Origin: an uncultured Gammaproteobacteria bacterium
GTDB taxonomy: Bacteria > Patescibacteriota > Patescibacteriia > CAZGFX01
Direction of reading: 5' to 3'
DNA: 64,000 nt
NCBI GenBank assembly: GCA_964524845.1
Contig: CAZGFX010000002.1
Location: forward strand, 227,428-291,427
The position numbers and the translations under genes were made by a program. Of this stretch, positions 1 to 10,031 are shown piece by piece. Position 1 is the stretch's first letter. Every line of letters starts with the position of its first letter. A model generated the notes under the pieces. It saw nothing but the letters and a program-made list of their open reading frames with translations, was not told the DNA's origin and ran no database searches.

Positions 1-2280
1 TTCTTCACCGTGTTCTTCTGTTGACGCTGTATATCCATAATTTGGAGCCTCTCCATATGATGTAACCGGCTGTGTTCCATATAAGACACGCCCTCGAGCT
101 GGAATGTTTGTTCTCCATGTTACCAATATTGATGTCTCGTTTATTTGAGTTAAATCCGGAACATCTCCTCCTGTGGAATTAATTACATGTGGTGTAAATA
201 CGGTCGTTACCGCACCACCACCTCCACCACTTGTAGGAGTACATGATTGATTATTTCCAGAAGTTGTTTCTTTTTGGCATGTTGATGAACATCCATCGCT
301 AGAAACAGCATTTCCATCTTCGCACGTTTCTCCTGTATCAAGAATTCTATTTCCGCATATTTCAGTAGATAGACAACTTGAGCTACACCCATCTCCTGAT
401 ACTATATTTCCATCATCACACTCTTCGTTTCCTTCAATAATAGAGTTTCCACACGTTTGACCCGTACCTCCTGTTGTTGAAAGAGAATATACATCTCTCT
501 CCATTATATTTCCATTCAAATCTCTCGTATACACAATAATTGGAATGGTTTCTCCAGCAATGAAATCAACTTGCGGATCAAGAACAAATGAATAATTCGT
601 CGCCGTTCCTGATATGCCAGTAGTATCACCCGGATAATTTACACCGAATACACCAGTATCAAATTTTAGACTACTAGAAAAAGTGATGCGTGTACCCGAT
701 GTTGTCACAGATCCTGCTCCTCCTGAACGTGTATAATAAGAACCATTAACATAAACGATCGTATTTGCAATATCTACACCAACTCCCGAATCAACTATAT
801 CGAATTGAATCGTCCCATTAATCACAATATTACTATCATTTCCGGGAGCTTTATTAATTACTTGTGGTCCCGTAGCATCGCTAGTGGCAAAAGTATAATT
901 ATCAGTAACCATTGTGTTAGGGGTTAATGCATTGTCCTCACAATCATAAACAGAAACGGATATTATCTCGTTTTCTAGAAAATCACTTGGTGGATTAATT
1001 CCAAACCTAATTCCATAATCAATTGCTGATATTGTAACTTCCGGATCTCCTTGTTGATATGTATGAAGCGGAACACTTGGCGACGAAACATTTATTCGGC
1101 ATGTTCCTGCGTTTATTCCACTTCCTGATATCGATCCGGGGTATGTTTTTTTATCTAAAATATCAACTGAGATGTTTGTATTAACAGCGTTTCCCGAAGA
1201 GCCTCTTGATGGCGACTCTCCTTGAACACGAGGAGCAATATTATCCGTCTCTGTTTGAAACGTGTATGATTTTGCACTCATTGTGTTTGGACCGTTCGGA
1301 TCACCAAGTTGATCCTGGGTTGTTGAAGCCCTGTCTTTAAATCCTGATATCTCTACTGTATACGAAGTATCATATTTCCAATTTCTCTGATCTCCTCCGA
1401 CACCAGATGGACTACTTGGATTAAGTGTAGTCGCACACACATTCGTTCCCCACACTCCTGAGCACGAATACGAATCAAATGCTGTTGCATCAACTGTATT
1501 TGCATTTTCGGTTATTGTAATAACTCCGTAACCAACTCCTGTAGAAGTATTGACTCCAGTACCCACCCCTGAATTATCACCCTCGCCGTTTTTACTATCG
1601 CGAAGAGTAAATTGATAATTTGAATCAACCGCTACGTCAGTCGCACCATCTGCTGGAACAGGAGAAAGAGCATATGGAGACTTCGTATCTGCCCATACAT
1701 GAAAATTAAAATCTTCAACATCATCGAGAAGGTCGGCTCCGGCAAGAGATATATTACTGTCGGTGGTCTGTCCAATAATTCCCTCCTCAATATCTAGTAC
1801 CGCAGCAGATCCTGTGCCATAATTTGCAACGGTTGGACGATTAGCCGTAAAACGAACCGTACCAAAAGATCCGGTTCCGGATGAATTTGGAGCCGAAATA
1901 TTAAACCCCGTTGATTTTACCTTACCTCCAGAAATTGTTTGACTACTCCATGTATTAAAATATGATCCTGTCGTAAGATTGCTCGCATCGCATATTGCCG
2001 TATTGTAACCAATAATAATATTTGACGCGTTTGTTCCTCCTGACTTTATGCGCATAGTCGTCGTGAACTGTTGGCCTACATAATAATAATTAAAATCATT
2101 TGGATTTCCAGTTCCTCCATCTCCTGTATCATCAGACCCTGTTTGTTGTCCTGTGATTAATTCAAAAGTATCATCTCCTGAAGGAGTATCAGCAAACACG
2201 CTCATTGGCATACACAATGAAAAAAACACCGAAACAATCGCTATGTATGATATAAAAAACTTTGATTTTATACTATTCAT
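1..2280 (-). CDS. large secreted cysteine-rich surface protein; 3' end lies beyond window start (>=760 aa here)
   Basis: ATG at 2278-2280 (minus), 5 bp downstream of the stop of the 2285..3412 gene. N-terminus MNSIKSKFFISYIAIVSVFFSLCMPMSVFA is a signal peptide. No competing ORF >=60 aa in any frame across 393-2284. It is absent from the ORF track only because its stop is outside the window. Cys-rich repeats and an FN3-like stretch near 1-400. Confidence 0.55.
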   Translation of the reverse strand, partial: MNSIKSKFFISYIAIVSVFFSLCMPMSVFADTPSGDDTFELITGQQTGSDDTGDGGTGNPNDFNYYYVGQQFTTTMRIKSGGTNASNIIIGYNTAICDASNLTTGSYFNTWSSQTISGGKVKSTGFNISAPNSSGTGSFGTVRFTANRPTVANYGTGSAAVLDIEEGIIGQTTDSNISLAGADLLDDVEDFNFHVWADTKSPYALSPVPADGATDVAVDSNYQFTLRDSKNGEGDNSGVGTGVNTSTGVGYGVITITENANTVDATAFDSYSCSGVWGTNVCATTLNPSSPSGVGGDQRNWKYDTSYTVEISGFKDRASTTQDQLGDPNGPNTMSAKSYTFQTETDNIAPRVQGESPSRGSSGNAVNTNISVDILDKKTYPGSISGSGINAGTCRINVSSPSVPLHTYQQGDPEVTISAIDYGIRFGINPPSDFLENEIISVSVYDCEDNALTPNTMVTDNYTFATSDATGPQVINKAPGNDSNIVINGTIQFDIVDSGVGVDIANTIVYVNGSYYTRSGGAGSVTTSGTRITFSSSLKFDTGVFGVNYPGDTTGISGTATNYSFVLDPQVDFIAGETIPIIVYTRDLNGNIMERDVYSLSTTGGTGQTCGNSIIEGNEECDDGNIVSGDGCSSSCLSTEICGNRILDTGETCEDGNAVSSDGCSSTCQKETTSGNNQSCTPTSGGGGGAVTTVFTPHVINSTGGDVPDLTQINETSILVTWRTNIPARGRVLYGTQPVTSYGEAPNYGYTASTEEHGEE

Positions 2281-2284
2281 TGTG

Positions 2285-3412
2285 TTAATTATCTCCTGTT
2301 AAATCCAAATTGGCAAGTAATAATGACAGGTCAATTGAATTAACTATAGTGTCTTGATTTAAATTTGACCTGAAAGCGTTTCCTGTCGGATCATCAGCGT
2401 CTAGATCCGGTAACATAAGCGATAAATCCACCGAGTTAATCGCGTCATCACCGAGTGTTGTTGGCGATAATCCTACCCCATTTATATCTCCTGCGAAAAG
2501 CGTTTGTGTACCAAACGTTCCCGAATTATTAGACTGAGTGAAATTTAAAATATTGTTTCCTTCATTAAGGACAACATCTTGTAACACTTTTGTTATATGA
2601 GATTTTCCTTTTAATCCTATATCATAAGTTCCCGCGGTGATACCAGTAAAATCGATTGGCACGAGATACGTACCATCGCTTGCTAAAGTAGCCAGTGAAG
2701 GCTGTGTAAATAACACAACATCATCTGAGTTTGTGCTTGTACGAACAGTTAAATAAAAATCAGTGTCATAATTTGTTCCTAGTGCTCCTGAACGAGATTC
2801 CGGCACAGCCCATTGTACTGTTGCGCTTGTGTTTCCTCCGTCTTGAACACATACCGGAACAGGGGTAACGTTGCCTTCTACATTTATTCCTTGTACAGTG
2901 CCAACTACTTGGACACTTCTAGACCCTATATCACCAAATGTTCCAGCGACATCAATCGTATAATTTCCTCCAACAGAAGGGTTTACGACTAGATTTTCCG
3001 CGCAGTTTGCCATAAATTTTCCTATTTCAATTACTATGGATCCTCCGGCGGGAATCGTCGCCGTATTCGATGTAAATGTAATTACATTGCTACTTATATT
3101 AACGCCCCACATTGTTCCACTAGCAAGTGCCGCGACAGGTTGTCCTACACTATTAATTTCAATATCAACATCCTCATATGTAATAGAAGATATATCAAAC
3201 TCCGAGGCGAAAGTTACAGCAATTGTTTCTCCAGCATCAAGCCCCGAAGGTGTTAAAAATGATAATCTGTATCCAACTCCATCTCCAATACCAAGACTTG
3301 TGGTATTAACGGAATATCCGACGATTCCCGCCGCCATAACAGAAAACATCGGCATAAAAATCATGCCTATAGATATAAATGATCGCAGAAATATTGAAAA
3401 AAATTTTCTCAT
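2285..3412 (-). CDS. secreted protein with C-terminal tandem dockerin-like (Ca-binding loop) repeats
   Basis: N-terminal signal peptide MRKFFSIFLRSFISIGMIFMPMFSVMAAG. C-terminus has two repeats, GDDAINSVDLSLML and QDTIVNSIDLSLLLANL, matching the dockerin type I loop D-x-N-x-D-x-x-[IV]-N-S-x-D-L-x-L. Confidence 0.6.
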   Translation of the reverse strand: MRKFFSIFLRSFISIGMIFMPMFSVMAAGIVGYSVNTTSLGIGDGVGYRLSFLTPSGLDAGETIAVTFASEFDISSITYEDVDIEINSVGQPVAALASGTMWGVNISSNVITFTSNTATIPAGGSIVIEIGKFMANCAENLVVNPSVGGNYTIDVAGTFGDIGSRSVQVVGTVQGINVEGNVTPVPVCVQDGGNTSATVQWAVPESRSGALGTNYDTDFYLTVRTSTNSDDVVLFTQPSLATLASDGTYLVPIDFTGITAGTYDIGLKGKSHITKVLQDVVLNEGNNILNFTQSNNSGTFGTQTLFAGDINGVGLSPTTLGDDAINSVDLSLMLPDLDADDPTGNAFRSNLNQDTIVNSIDLSLLLANLDLTGDN

Positions 3413-3463
3413 CGTTTGTTTGTTTTTATATTATTTTATCTGTGTACAAAATATAATTAAAAA

Positions 3464-4381
3464 TTATTTCTTTTTTTGTTTTTTTCTTTTATAAATGAAT
3501 ACTGATCCTAAAACACAAATAATTACACAAACTATAATAATTATCATCGCGGGTGAAAATATCCATACGTTCAAATCCTGTATCGGTGTTTTTATGTCAC
3601 CACTAGACGAATAAGTAAGTGATACTTTGTATTTGCCAAATCTATACCAATCTCCGGCACCATCCCAATTAGTTTTGAATTCCCTGGGGCTACCAGGCAA
3701 TACTCTTCCTAGCTCCTCATTTAAAAATAATCGACCGACAGTATTTCCAAACAAGTTCGTTACTTTCAAATCACCATAAGGCCTCTCATCAGTGGTGCCT
3801 GTGTTTTTTACAACAGTTGATAATATTAAAGGATTTCCAAAAAGAATATTTTTTTGAGTATAAAACTGTTTTATTGATATTCCTCTCTGTGCCTTTTCTT
3901 TATCAACCGTGATAAAAACCGGCAAAAACATTCTTCCTAAAACAGAATCTCCAGTACCATCGGCTCGCTGACTTGTAACACGAAAACCAGCATGATAAGT
4001 CCCACTTGGCGTCCCCACCGGAACCGAAACTTCATACTTCATCGCGACAGGAGCATCATTCACAAGATATGCGCCGTTATCTTTCATAATAATCCAAGGC
4101 GTAATATCGGGATCCGCTTTATCAGGAGACACAATTTCAGGAGTCTTCCCGTCTTCTTTAACAATAAAATTATGAGTGGTGACAACAAATTTCTTCGGCG
4201 CGCCACTCTCTTTCATAATAAGTTCAAAAGAACCACTGATCCGCTCTCCTGATTGCACCTGAATTTCTTTGAAATACGGATTGGCTGTTATAGAATATGC
4301 TCTTACTTCATTGAATAAAAAAACTCCGCTACACAACACGATAATGATCACCAACCCTTTCGTGTAGCGGAGTATATTCAT
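3464..4381 (-). CDS. cell-surface protein with N-terminal signal and C-terminal TM anchor plus basic tail (DUF916/DUF3324-like architecture)
   Basis: Signal/TM LVIIIVLCSGVFLFNEVRA. C-terminal AMIIIIVCVIICVLGSVFIYKRKKQKKK. Architecture resembles the Gram-positive WxL-locus DUF916 proteins. Family assignment is inference. Confidence 0.5.
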   Translation of the reverse strand: MNILRYTKGLVIIIVLCSGVFLFNEVRAYSITANPYFKEIQVQSGERISGSFELIMKESGAPKKFVVTTHNFIVKEDGKTPEIVSPDKADPDITPWIIMKDNGAYLVNDAPVAMKYEVSVPVGTPSGTYHAGFRVTSQRADGTGDSVLGRMFLPVFITVDKEKAQRGISIKQFYTQKNILFGNPLILSTVVKNTGTTDERPYGDLKVTNLFGNTVGRLFLNEELGRVLPGSPREFKTNWDGAGDWYRFGKYKVSLTYSSSGDIKTPIQDLNVWIFSPAMIIIIVCVIICVLGSVFIYKRKKQKKK

Positions 4382-4400
4382 ATTTATGAGTACAATTATG

Positions 4401-5354
4401 TTATTTGCGTTTCTGTGCGGCTCGCTTTACCCATACTGACAAAATCGTTCTAACGACAAACAATGCAATAATCACGATAAGAATCGCTCGCCATGAAATG
4501 ACCCAGAAACTAACTTCGGAATTAAATGTTTTTCCTTGGGTTCCCCATGCTGTATCAAGCTTTGCGGTATATCTTCCGAAACCGAAATTCTTGAATTCAG
4601 CCTTCACCTCATCAACAAAAGATAAATCTGTTAGCTCTTTCTCACGAGTGAAAATCTTGCGAATTGAGTTCGGATATACGAGCGCGCTCGACTCATTTGC
4701 ATTAAGTACACGAGCAACTCCTCCGAACATGTTTTTCACCTCGACTACGCCCTCGGGTTTGTAGTGGACATTTCCAGTGTTTGCGTAACGTGTCATGAAG
4801 TTAACAGGAAAACGATTATAAAACTTCTTCGCAGTAGAAAACTCAACGACTTCTCCTGCTTCCGTCGCCTCACCAGCAACTCTCATCGCGATAATAGTAC
4901 CAACTTGTGCCTCAATTCCAGCTCCGGAACCCTCTATCTTACCTTCAAATTTTTCTTTAGATAAAACAATTGCATAATGACCGCCAGGAGTAGCATCAGA
5001 AGGAACTGTTATTTTAAAATTAACATCTTTTATTTCTTTTGGTTCAAATTTTATTTCTGTTACTGGAAATGATATCCAGTTTTGTAAATCATTTACTGTT
5101 TTATCAAGCTCTTCAAAAACAGGACTTCCTGTCTCGTTCGCATTAGGAGAAAACGCTTTCACAGATAAAGACACTGTGATCGGCACATCTTTTTCGTTTT
5201 GAAGCTTAATAACCCTTTCAAGCACGGACCCTGGATCTGTGTTTTCTTCTAATAGAGTAGTCTTCATAGTCAGCGCATTGGCGCCAGATCCCAAGAAAGC
5301 AAACACAATCATCGTCAATAACCCAATAATATAATATCTAAACTTTTTATTCAT
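4401..5354 (-). CDS. cell-surface protein with N-terminal signal and C-terminal TM anchor plus basic tail (paralogous architecture to 3464..4381)
   Basis: Signal YYIIGLLTMIVFAFLGSGANA. C-terminal WRAILIVIIALFVVRTILSVWVKRAAQKRK. Sits 20 bp from the neighbouring anchored protein gene. Confidence 0.5.
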   Translation of the reverse strand: MNKKFRYYIIGLLTMIVFAFLGSGANALTMKTTLLEENTDPGSVLERVIKLQNEKDVPITVSLSVKAFSPNANETGSPVFEELDKTVNDLQNWISFPVTEIKFEPKEIKDVNFKITVPSDATPGGHYAIVLSKEKFEGKIEGSGAGIEAQVGTIIAMRVAGEATEAGEVVEFSTAKKFYNRFPVNFMTRYANTGNVHYKPEGVVEVKNMFGGVARVLNANESSALVYPNSIRKIFTREKELTDLSFVDEVKAEFKNFGFGRYTAKLDTAWGTQGKTFNSEVSFWVISWRAILIVIIALFVVRTILSVWVKRAAQKRK

Positions 5355-5430
5355 AAAATAATATAACTAATCAATTACACAGTATTCTATCCGTAGCAAA
5401 AACCACAGATAGAATTTGTAAAATCGACGA

Positions 5431-5955
5431 TTAATTAACAGTGATTGTATATTCAACAATATGACTGTAACTTCCTGCTGGAGTGCTATTTCCTGCACGA
5501 GCACCGTGCTCAACAGTTATATCACCTTGGTACACTGGTCCCGCAGATGTTGCGAAATCACCAGCTATTGTAGGTACTCCCTGATATGCTGAACCATAAG
5601 AACCTGACATTGTGAAATCAGCTGTTGTACCATAAAAACCATAATCATTATCACCAAGAGCTCCTGTTGCATCGTCAAAACTATCTGTTCCATCTGTAAA
5701 TGCAGTATCAGCATCAGCCTGAATAGTAGCCCCATCAGTATCATTGGTAGTTCCAACTATTGTATAATTACATGTTGTGCTACTACCAACAGGGATTGTA
5801 CCCAAATCGCAAGTAGGAGATGCGATACTTAGAGCTGTATTATCAGATACAGTACCACTTACAGTAACACTGTCGCTCGTTTGAGCGAACGCCTGTGGCA
5901 CGACAAGCATCGATGCCAAGGTTAACATCAAAATTTCTGAAAGAAATTTCTTCAT
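5431..5955 (-). CDS. small secreted Thr/Gly/Asp-rich protein
   Basis: Signal peptide MKKFLSEILMLTLASMLVVPQAFAQ. Low-complexity T/S/G/D-rich mature region. First gene of the minus-strand surface-protein cluster. Confidence 0.5.
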   Translation of the reverse strand: MKKFLSEILMLTLASMLVVPQAFAQTSDSVTVSGTVSDNTALSIASPTCDLGTIPVGSSTTCNYTIVGTTNDTDGATIQADADTAFTDGTDSFDDATGALGDNDYGFYGTTADFTMSGSYGSAYQGVPTIAGDFATSAGPVYQGDITVEHGARAGNSTPAGSYSHIVEYTITVN

Positions 5956-6282
5956 AATAAGTTAGATTAATCTTTTAAATAAATGTTTTAGATATTTTTG
6001 TGGTAGTTTATTAGTTCCACTTAAATATCTTCAGCGCGTGGCTGAGTTTTGTTTTATCTTCTTTTGTGAACACATTTTATCAACATTGCGCGTAAAAACA
6101 AATTGTTTACACACAACTGATATTAGTTTAACATATTTTTTACATTTTATATATATTATCATTATATTATTGTGAATAAAATCGCTTATTTTTACTATTT
6201 TCAGAATTATTAAACATTATTATCTGGAAAGGTTTTGATATATTGTGTACAATATAATTAGGCTAAAATTAGAGATTTTTAT

Positions 6283-7404
6283 ATGTTTAAGCTACTTCAG
6301 CAATTAATTAAAAAAACGTCTTTGAGACTCGATTCTTTAAATGTTATTTCGATATATAGAGATTGTATTGTCAATAATTTCAATGTGTATAAAACGCATT
6401 CGGAATATATTTTTCCTGTACTCAAGTCAAACGCATACGGACACGGCATCGAACAGATCGCGACAATACTCAATGATATAGAAACTCCATATGTTACAGT
6501 AGATAGTTATTATGAATATCTCAAAATAAAAAAAATAACAAGGCACAAAGTTTTGATTATGGGATATAACCCACTTTCAAATCTACGTCTTTTTAATTAT
6601 AAAAAAATTGCAATTCTTGTTAATGATATTCCTACTCTGAAAGTACTAGCTTCGCTCGATACACAAATCACGATACATCTGAAGTTCAACACCGGTATGA
6701 ATCGTCAAGGACTTGAATTCGAAAACATTCCACAGATTATGGATTTGTGCAAAAAAAGAAATATTACTATAGAAGGAGTTGCGACTCACCTTGCTTGCGC
6801 GGATTCCGATGAACGAATTGTACAAGAACAATATGCAAAATTCGATGAAATAATCCGTGAAATAAAAAAACGAGGAGTTCATGTAAAATATATACACGTC
6901 AGCAATAGTGCAGGATCCAGATTTAACAAAAAAGAATATAATACGATACGGCTCGGACTCGGATTATATGGATATTTCACAGGCAAAGAAAACGAAATTA
7001 CTAGCAAACTTCTTCCTGGTCTTGAATTTAAAAGCACGATCATCAATGTACGAAATATTAAAAAAGGGGAGCACATCGGATATGATTATACATATACTGC
7101 GCCATGCGACATGATTATAGGCGTTGTTCCTGTGGGATATTATGAAGGAGTTGATAGATCGCTTTCAAATAACGGATATATGACGGTACGCGGAGTAAAA
7201 TGCCCAATTGTAGGTAGGGTTTCAATGAATATTTCAACAATAGATATAACAAGAGCGAACGCTGTCATGGGAGATGATATTTTGTTTATTTCAAAAGACA
7301 AAAATGCTGAAAATAGTGTGGTAAATATAGCGTCAAATACGAATACGATTCCTTATGTCGTCACTACTAAATTAAGTGAAAGTATACGAAGAAAAATTGT
7401 TTAA
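6283..7404 (+). CDS. alr: alanine racemase
   Basis: PLP-lysine motif VLKSNAYGHG near the N-terminus. Length and C-terminal barrel region are typical of Alr. Confidence 0.85.
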   Translation: MFKLLQQLIKKTSLRLDSLNVISIYRDCIVNNFNVYKTHSEYIFPVLKSNAYGHGIEQIATILNDIETPYVTVDSYYEYLKIKKITRHKVLIMGYNPLSNLRLFNYKKIAILVNDIPTLKVLASLDTQITIHLKFNTGMNRQGLEFENIPQIMDLCKKRNITIEGVATHLACADSDERIVQEQYAKFDEIIREIKKRGVHVKYIHVSNSAGSRFNKKEYNTIRLGLGLYGYFTGKENEITSKLLPGLEFKSTIINVRNIKKGEHIGYDYTYTAPCDMIIGVVPVGYYEGVDRSLSNNGYMTVRGVKCPIVGRVSMNISTIDITRANAVMGDDILFISKDKNAENSVVNIASNTNTIPYVVTTKLSESIRRKIV

Positions 7405-7428
7405 CACAAACAATCGCAACACGCAAAA

Positions 7429-7971
7429 TTAAAACTCATATACATATATTGGACCAAGCGCCTTCTTATCAAGTTGTATAACTCGAGCAGGTTCCATGTC
7501 CTTCATATTAAATGCATATGATATTACTTTTGCTCCCGGTTTAAGTTGCGCGCGCCACACGGGATACATGCGATTCATGAATTCCGGCATCGTGAAACAA
7601 ATAATTACATCCGCCATACTATAATCAGCGGTAAACGCATTTTCAAATCGCACAGTCATCCCGGGATTCATCCATGATCTTGTCTTCGCGAATATATAAG
7701 GGATAAAAAAAAGTTCAAATCCAATTGACTTGGTTTTGTATTCCCGTGTGGCGCGCGCAATAATACGTCCATCACCACATCCAGGATCAATAACAATTTT
7801 TCCAGGAGAAAGTTCCGCTGATTCCAACATGGCATCAATGATTTTCCTAGGAGTTGGAACCCAAGGAGCTCCCCAAATCATCGCTTTCACAAATTGAAAA
7901 AGAAGATATGCTAAAAAAAGAAATATACAAGCAAAAATAATTGTTTTAGCTATTTCTATAATCATAATCAT
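7429..7971 (-). CDS. membrane-anchored class I SAM-dependent methyltransferase
   Basis: N-terminal TM helix. SAM-binding motif I VIDPGCGDGRI. Confidence 0.6.
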   Translation of the reverse strand: MIMIIEIAKTIIFACIFLFLAYLLFQFVKAMIWGAPWVPTPRKIIDAMLESAELSPGKIVIDPGCGDGRIIARATREYKTKSIGFELFFIPYIFAKTRSWMNPGMTVRFENAFTADYSMADVIICFTMPEFMNRMYPVWRAQLKPGAKVISYAFNMKDMEPARVIQLDKKALGPIYVYEF

Positions 7972-8021
7972 TTATTTTAAAACGTGGGTCGCGCAATTTA
8001 TTAATCAGTTTTTATTTTATG

Positions 8022-10028
8022 TTATTTTTTCTTCATCTCATGAACTCCTGACCACTCGTGCTCAAGTCCTTTTGAAATTATTTCATCAATACGCGTCATG
8101 TGCGTCATACTTGGACCATCATTATATTTTTCTACAAGAAACGCGAACACCTCCCTTGCTTCTTTCAGTTTTCTTGAATCAAGAAGTGACATTGCATCTG
8201 CGTATCTAGAACAAATGTCTTTATATTGATCATCTGTGATATCAAAAACTTCTCCAATAAGTTCATAAATACGAACGGTGTTTTGTTTTCCTTTTACCTT
8301 CACAGCATCAATATATCTATATACAAGATCCTTGTCTTTTCCTATATTTTGAAGCTCGATTAATGTGGATTCGGAAAATATAATATATGTTCCGTATTCT
8401 TTGTTTAAACCCTCAAGACGAGATGCAAGATTCACTCCGTCTCCAATTGCTGTATAATCAAATCTTTGGAGCGATCCTACATTTCCAACGATTGCTTCGT
8501 CAGTATTTATACCAATTCCTATTGCAAGTGATTTCGAAATGGTTTTCTCTTCTTCCCATTTTTTATTCAGTTCAACAAGAGCCTTCTTCATATGAAGCGC
8601 TGTGAGCAAGGCACGATATGATTGTTGTTCATCGGAAAGAGGCGCGCCCCAAAGACACATAATCGCATCTCCTATATATTTATCAACGACGCCTTCGTGT
8701 CCGAATATAATATCAGTCATGCGCGAAAGATACTGATTTAGAATTAAAACGAGGTTTTCCGCATTCATTTTTTCTGACAAAGATGTGAAACCTCTGATAT
8801 CAGAAAATAGTACCGTTATCTTTTTTCTATCACCTCCCAATTTAATAGAATTCATCGATTTCAAAATTTCATCAGCAACAGGTGGCGATACATATGACAT
8901 AAATACCTTCCTGATACGACGCTTCTCTTTCTCTTCTGTGAGAAAACGAAATATAACTATGACACCATATACGATTACGAGCCCTGTTACAGGATAAAGA
9001 ATAGACGGTATAATTCCATTATCAAATAATTGAAATGAAATAATTGTATAAATAACGATACTTACAACCACTACCACAATCCCATATAATGGACGCACAA
9101 TCATATAAAGAAACGCCCCACAAATCATAATACAAAGAAGAACGAGAAGAACCGAGTGCGGCGCCTGCTCGCGCAAAAACTTCCCAGCAAGCACGGTGTT
9201 AAGTGCATGAGCATGAATCTCAACTCCTGTCGTCAGCGCCCCTCGCGAAAGCGGCGTAACATACGTATCGTGAAGATCCGGCGCAGTACTTCCTATAAGC
9301 ACAATACTGTTTTCAAATATAGATGGGTTGAATTGCTTCCTAAGCACATCTGCAAAAGAAATAGTCCTGAAGCGAGCAGGCGCCGCCGCAAAATTAATTA
9401 GCATGCCTCCTTTCTCATCACTTACAATATTTAACAGATCATCTCCTCTATATAAACGTACTATACGAGCAAAAAAACTTTCAATAATAACATCATTATA
9501 TTTAGCAGAAACAGGAAGTTTTCTCACAACACCATCTCTATCTATAATCACATTTGTTATGCCGTGTGCTAGGGCTTTTTTATATATTTCAGGAGTAGAC
9601 ACAAGAACAGAACGAGCAGTGTGATAATCAGACACACCGGCAAACTCGACCTCAACAGGCAATACTACATTTCCTGCTTTTGATATTGATTCAGCAAATA
9701 GCGAGTCTTCATCAGTCGGCTCCGGAAAATTAACATCGATGCCAATAACTGAAGGTTTGTGTTCATTTATAATATCAACCGCTTCTCCGAAAACAGATCG
9801 ATCCCACGGCCACCTTCCAATACTCTGTATACTCGCATCATCGATTGCAATAATGACTATTTTCTCTGAAGTAGGATAGGATCCATAGAGCTTGTCTGAA
9901 AATTTCCATTGCCATGAATCAAATATATTTGATCCGTACAAAATAGCAAAAACAAACCATACAATACATCCTATGCCAATGGCCTTCGTATAATGATTCG
10001 ATAGAATTGAACGAAACAAACGATTCAT
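8022..10028 (-). CDS. CHASE2 sensor domain adenylate/guanylate cyclase
   Basis: N-terminal TM, extracytoplasmic CHASE2-like region and 3 further TMs. C-terminal class III cyclase domain (VLFSDIRGFTSLSE ... YIGDAIMCLWGAP). Confidence 0.8.
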   Translation of the reverse strand: MNRLFRSILSNHYTKAIGIGCIVWFVFAILYGSNIFDSWQWKFSDKLYGSYPTSEKIVIIAIDDASIQSIGRWPWDRSVFGEAVDIINEHKPSVIGIDVNFPEPTDEDSLFAESISKAGNVVLPVEVEFAGVSDYHTARSVLVSTPEIYKKALAHGITNVIIDRDGVVRKLPVSAKYNDVIIESFFARIVRLYRGDDLLNIVSDEKGGMLINFAAAPARFRTISFADVLRKQFNPSIFENSIVLIGSTAPDLHDTYVTPLSRGALTTGVEIHAHALNTVLAGKFLREQAPHSVLLVLLCIMICGAFLYMIVRPLYGIVVVVVSIVIYTIISFQLFDNGIIPSILYPVTGLVIVYGVIVIFRFLTEEKEKRRIRKVFMSYVSPPVADEILKSMNSIKLGGDRKKITVLFSDIRGFTSLSEKMNAENLVLILNQYLSRMTDIIFGHEGVVDKYIGDAIMCLWGAPLSDEQQSYRALLTALHMKKALVELNKKWEEEKTISKSLAIGIGINTDEAIVGNVGSLQRFDYTAIGDGVNLASRLEGLNKEYGTYIIFSESTLIELQNIGKDKDLVYRYIDAVKVKGKQNTVRIYELIGEVFDITDDQYKDICSRYADAMSLLDSRKLKEAREVFAFLVEKYNDGPSMTHMTRIDEIISKGLEHEWSGVHEMKKK

Positions 10029-10031
10029 ATA

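Noticed and set aside
207-392. 61-aa minus-strand ORF
   Set aside because: Internal alternate frame of the large surface-protein gene that runs off the window.
3036-3494. 152-aa plus-strand ORF
   Set aside because: Lies antisense within the 2285..3412 secreted-protein gene and the spacer. Low-complexity translation, no start context.
6000-6282. Promoter for alr (TTGATA…TACAAT)
   Set aside because: Spacing between the candidate -35 and -10 is 12 bp, so not supportable.
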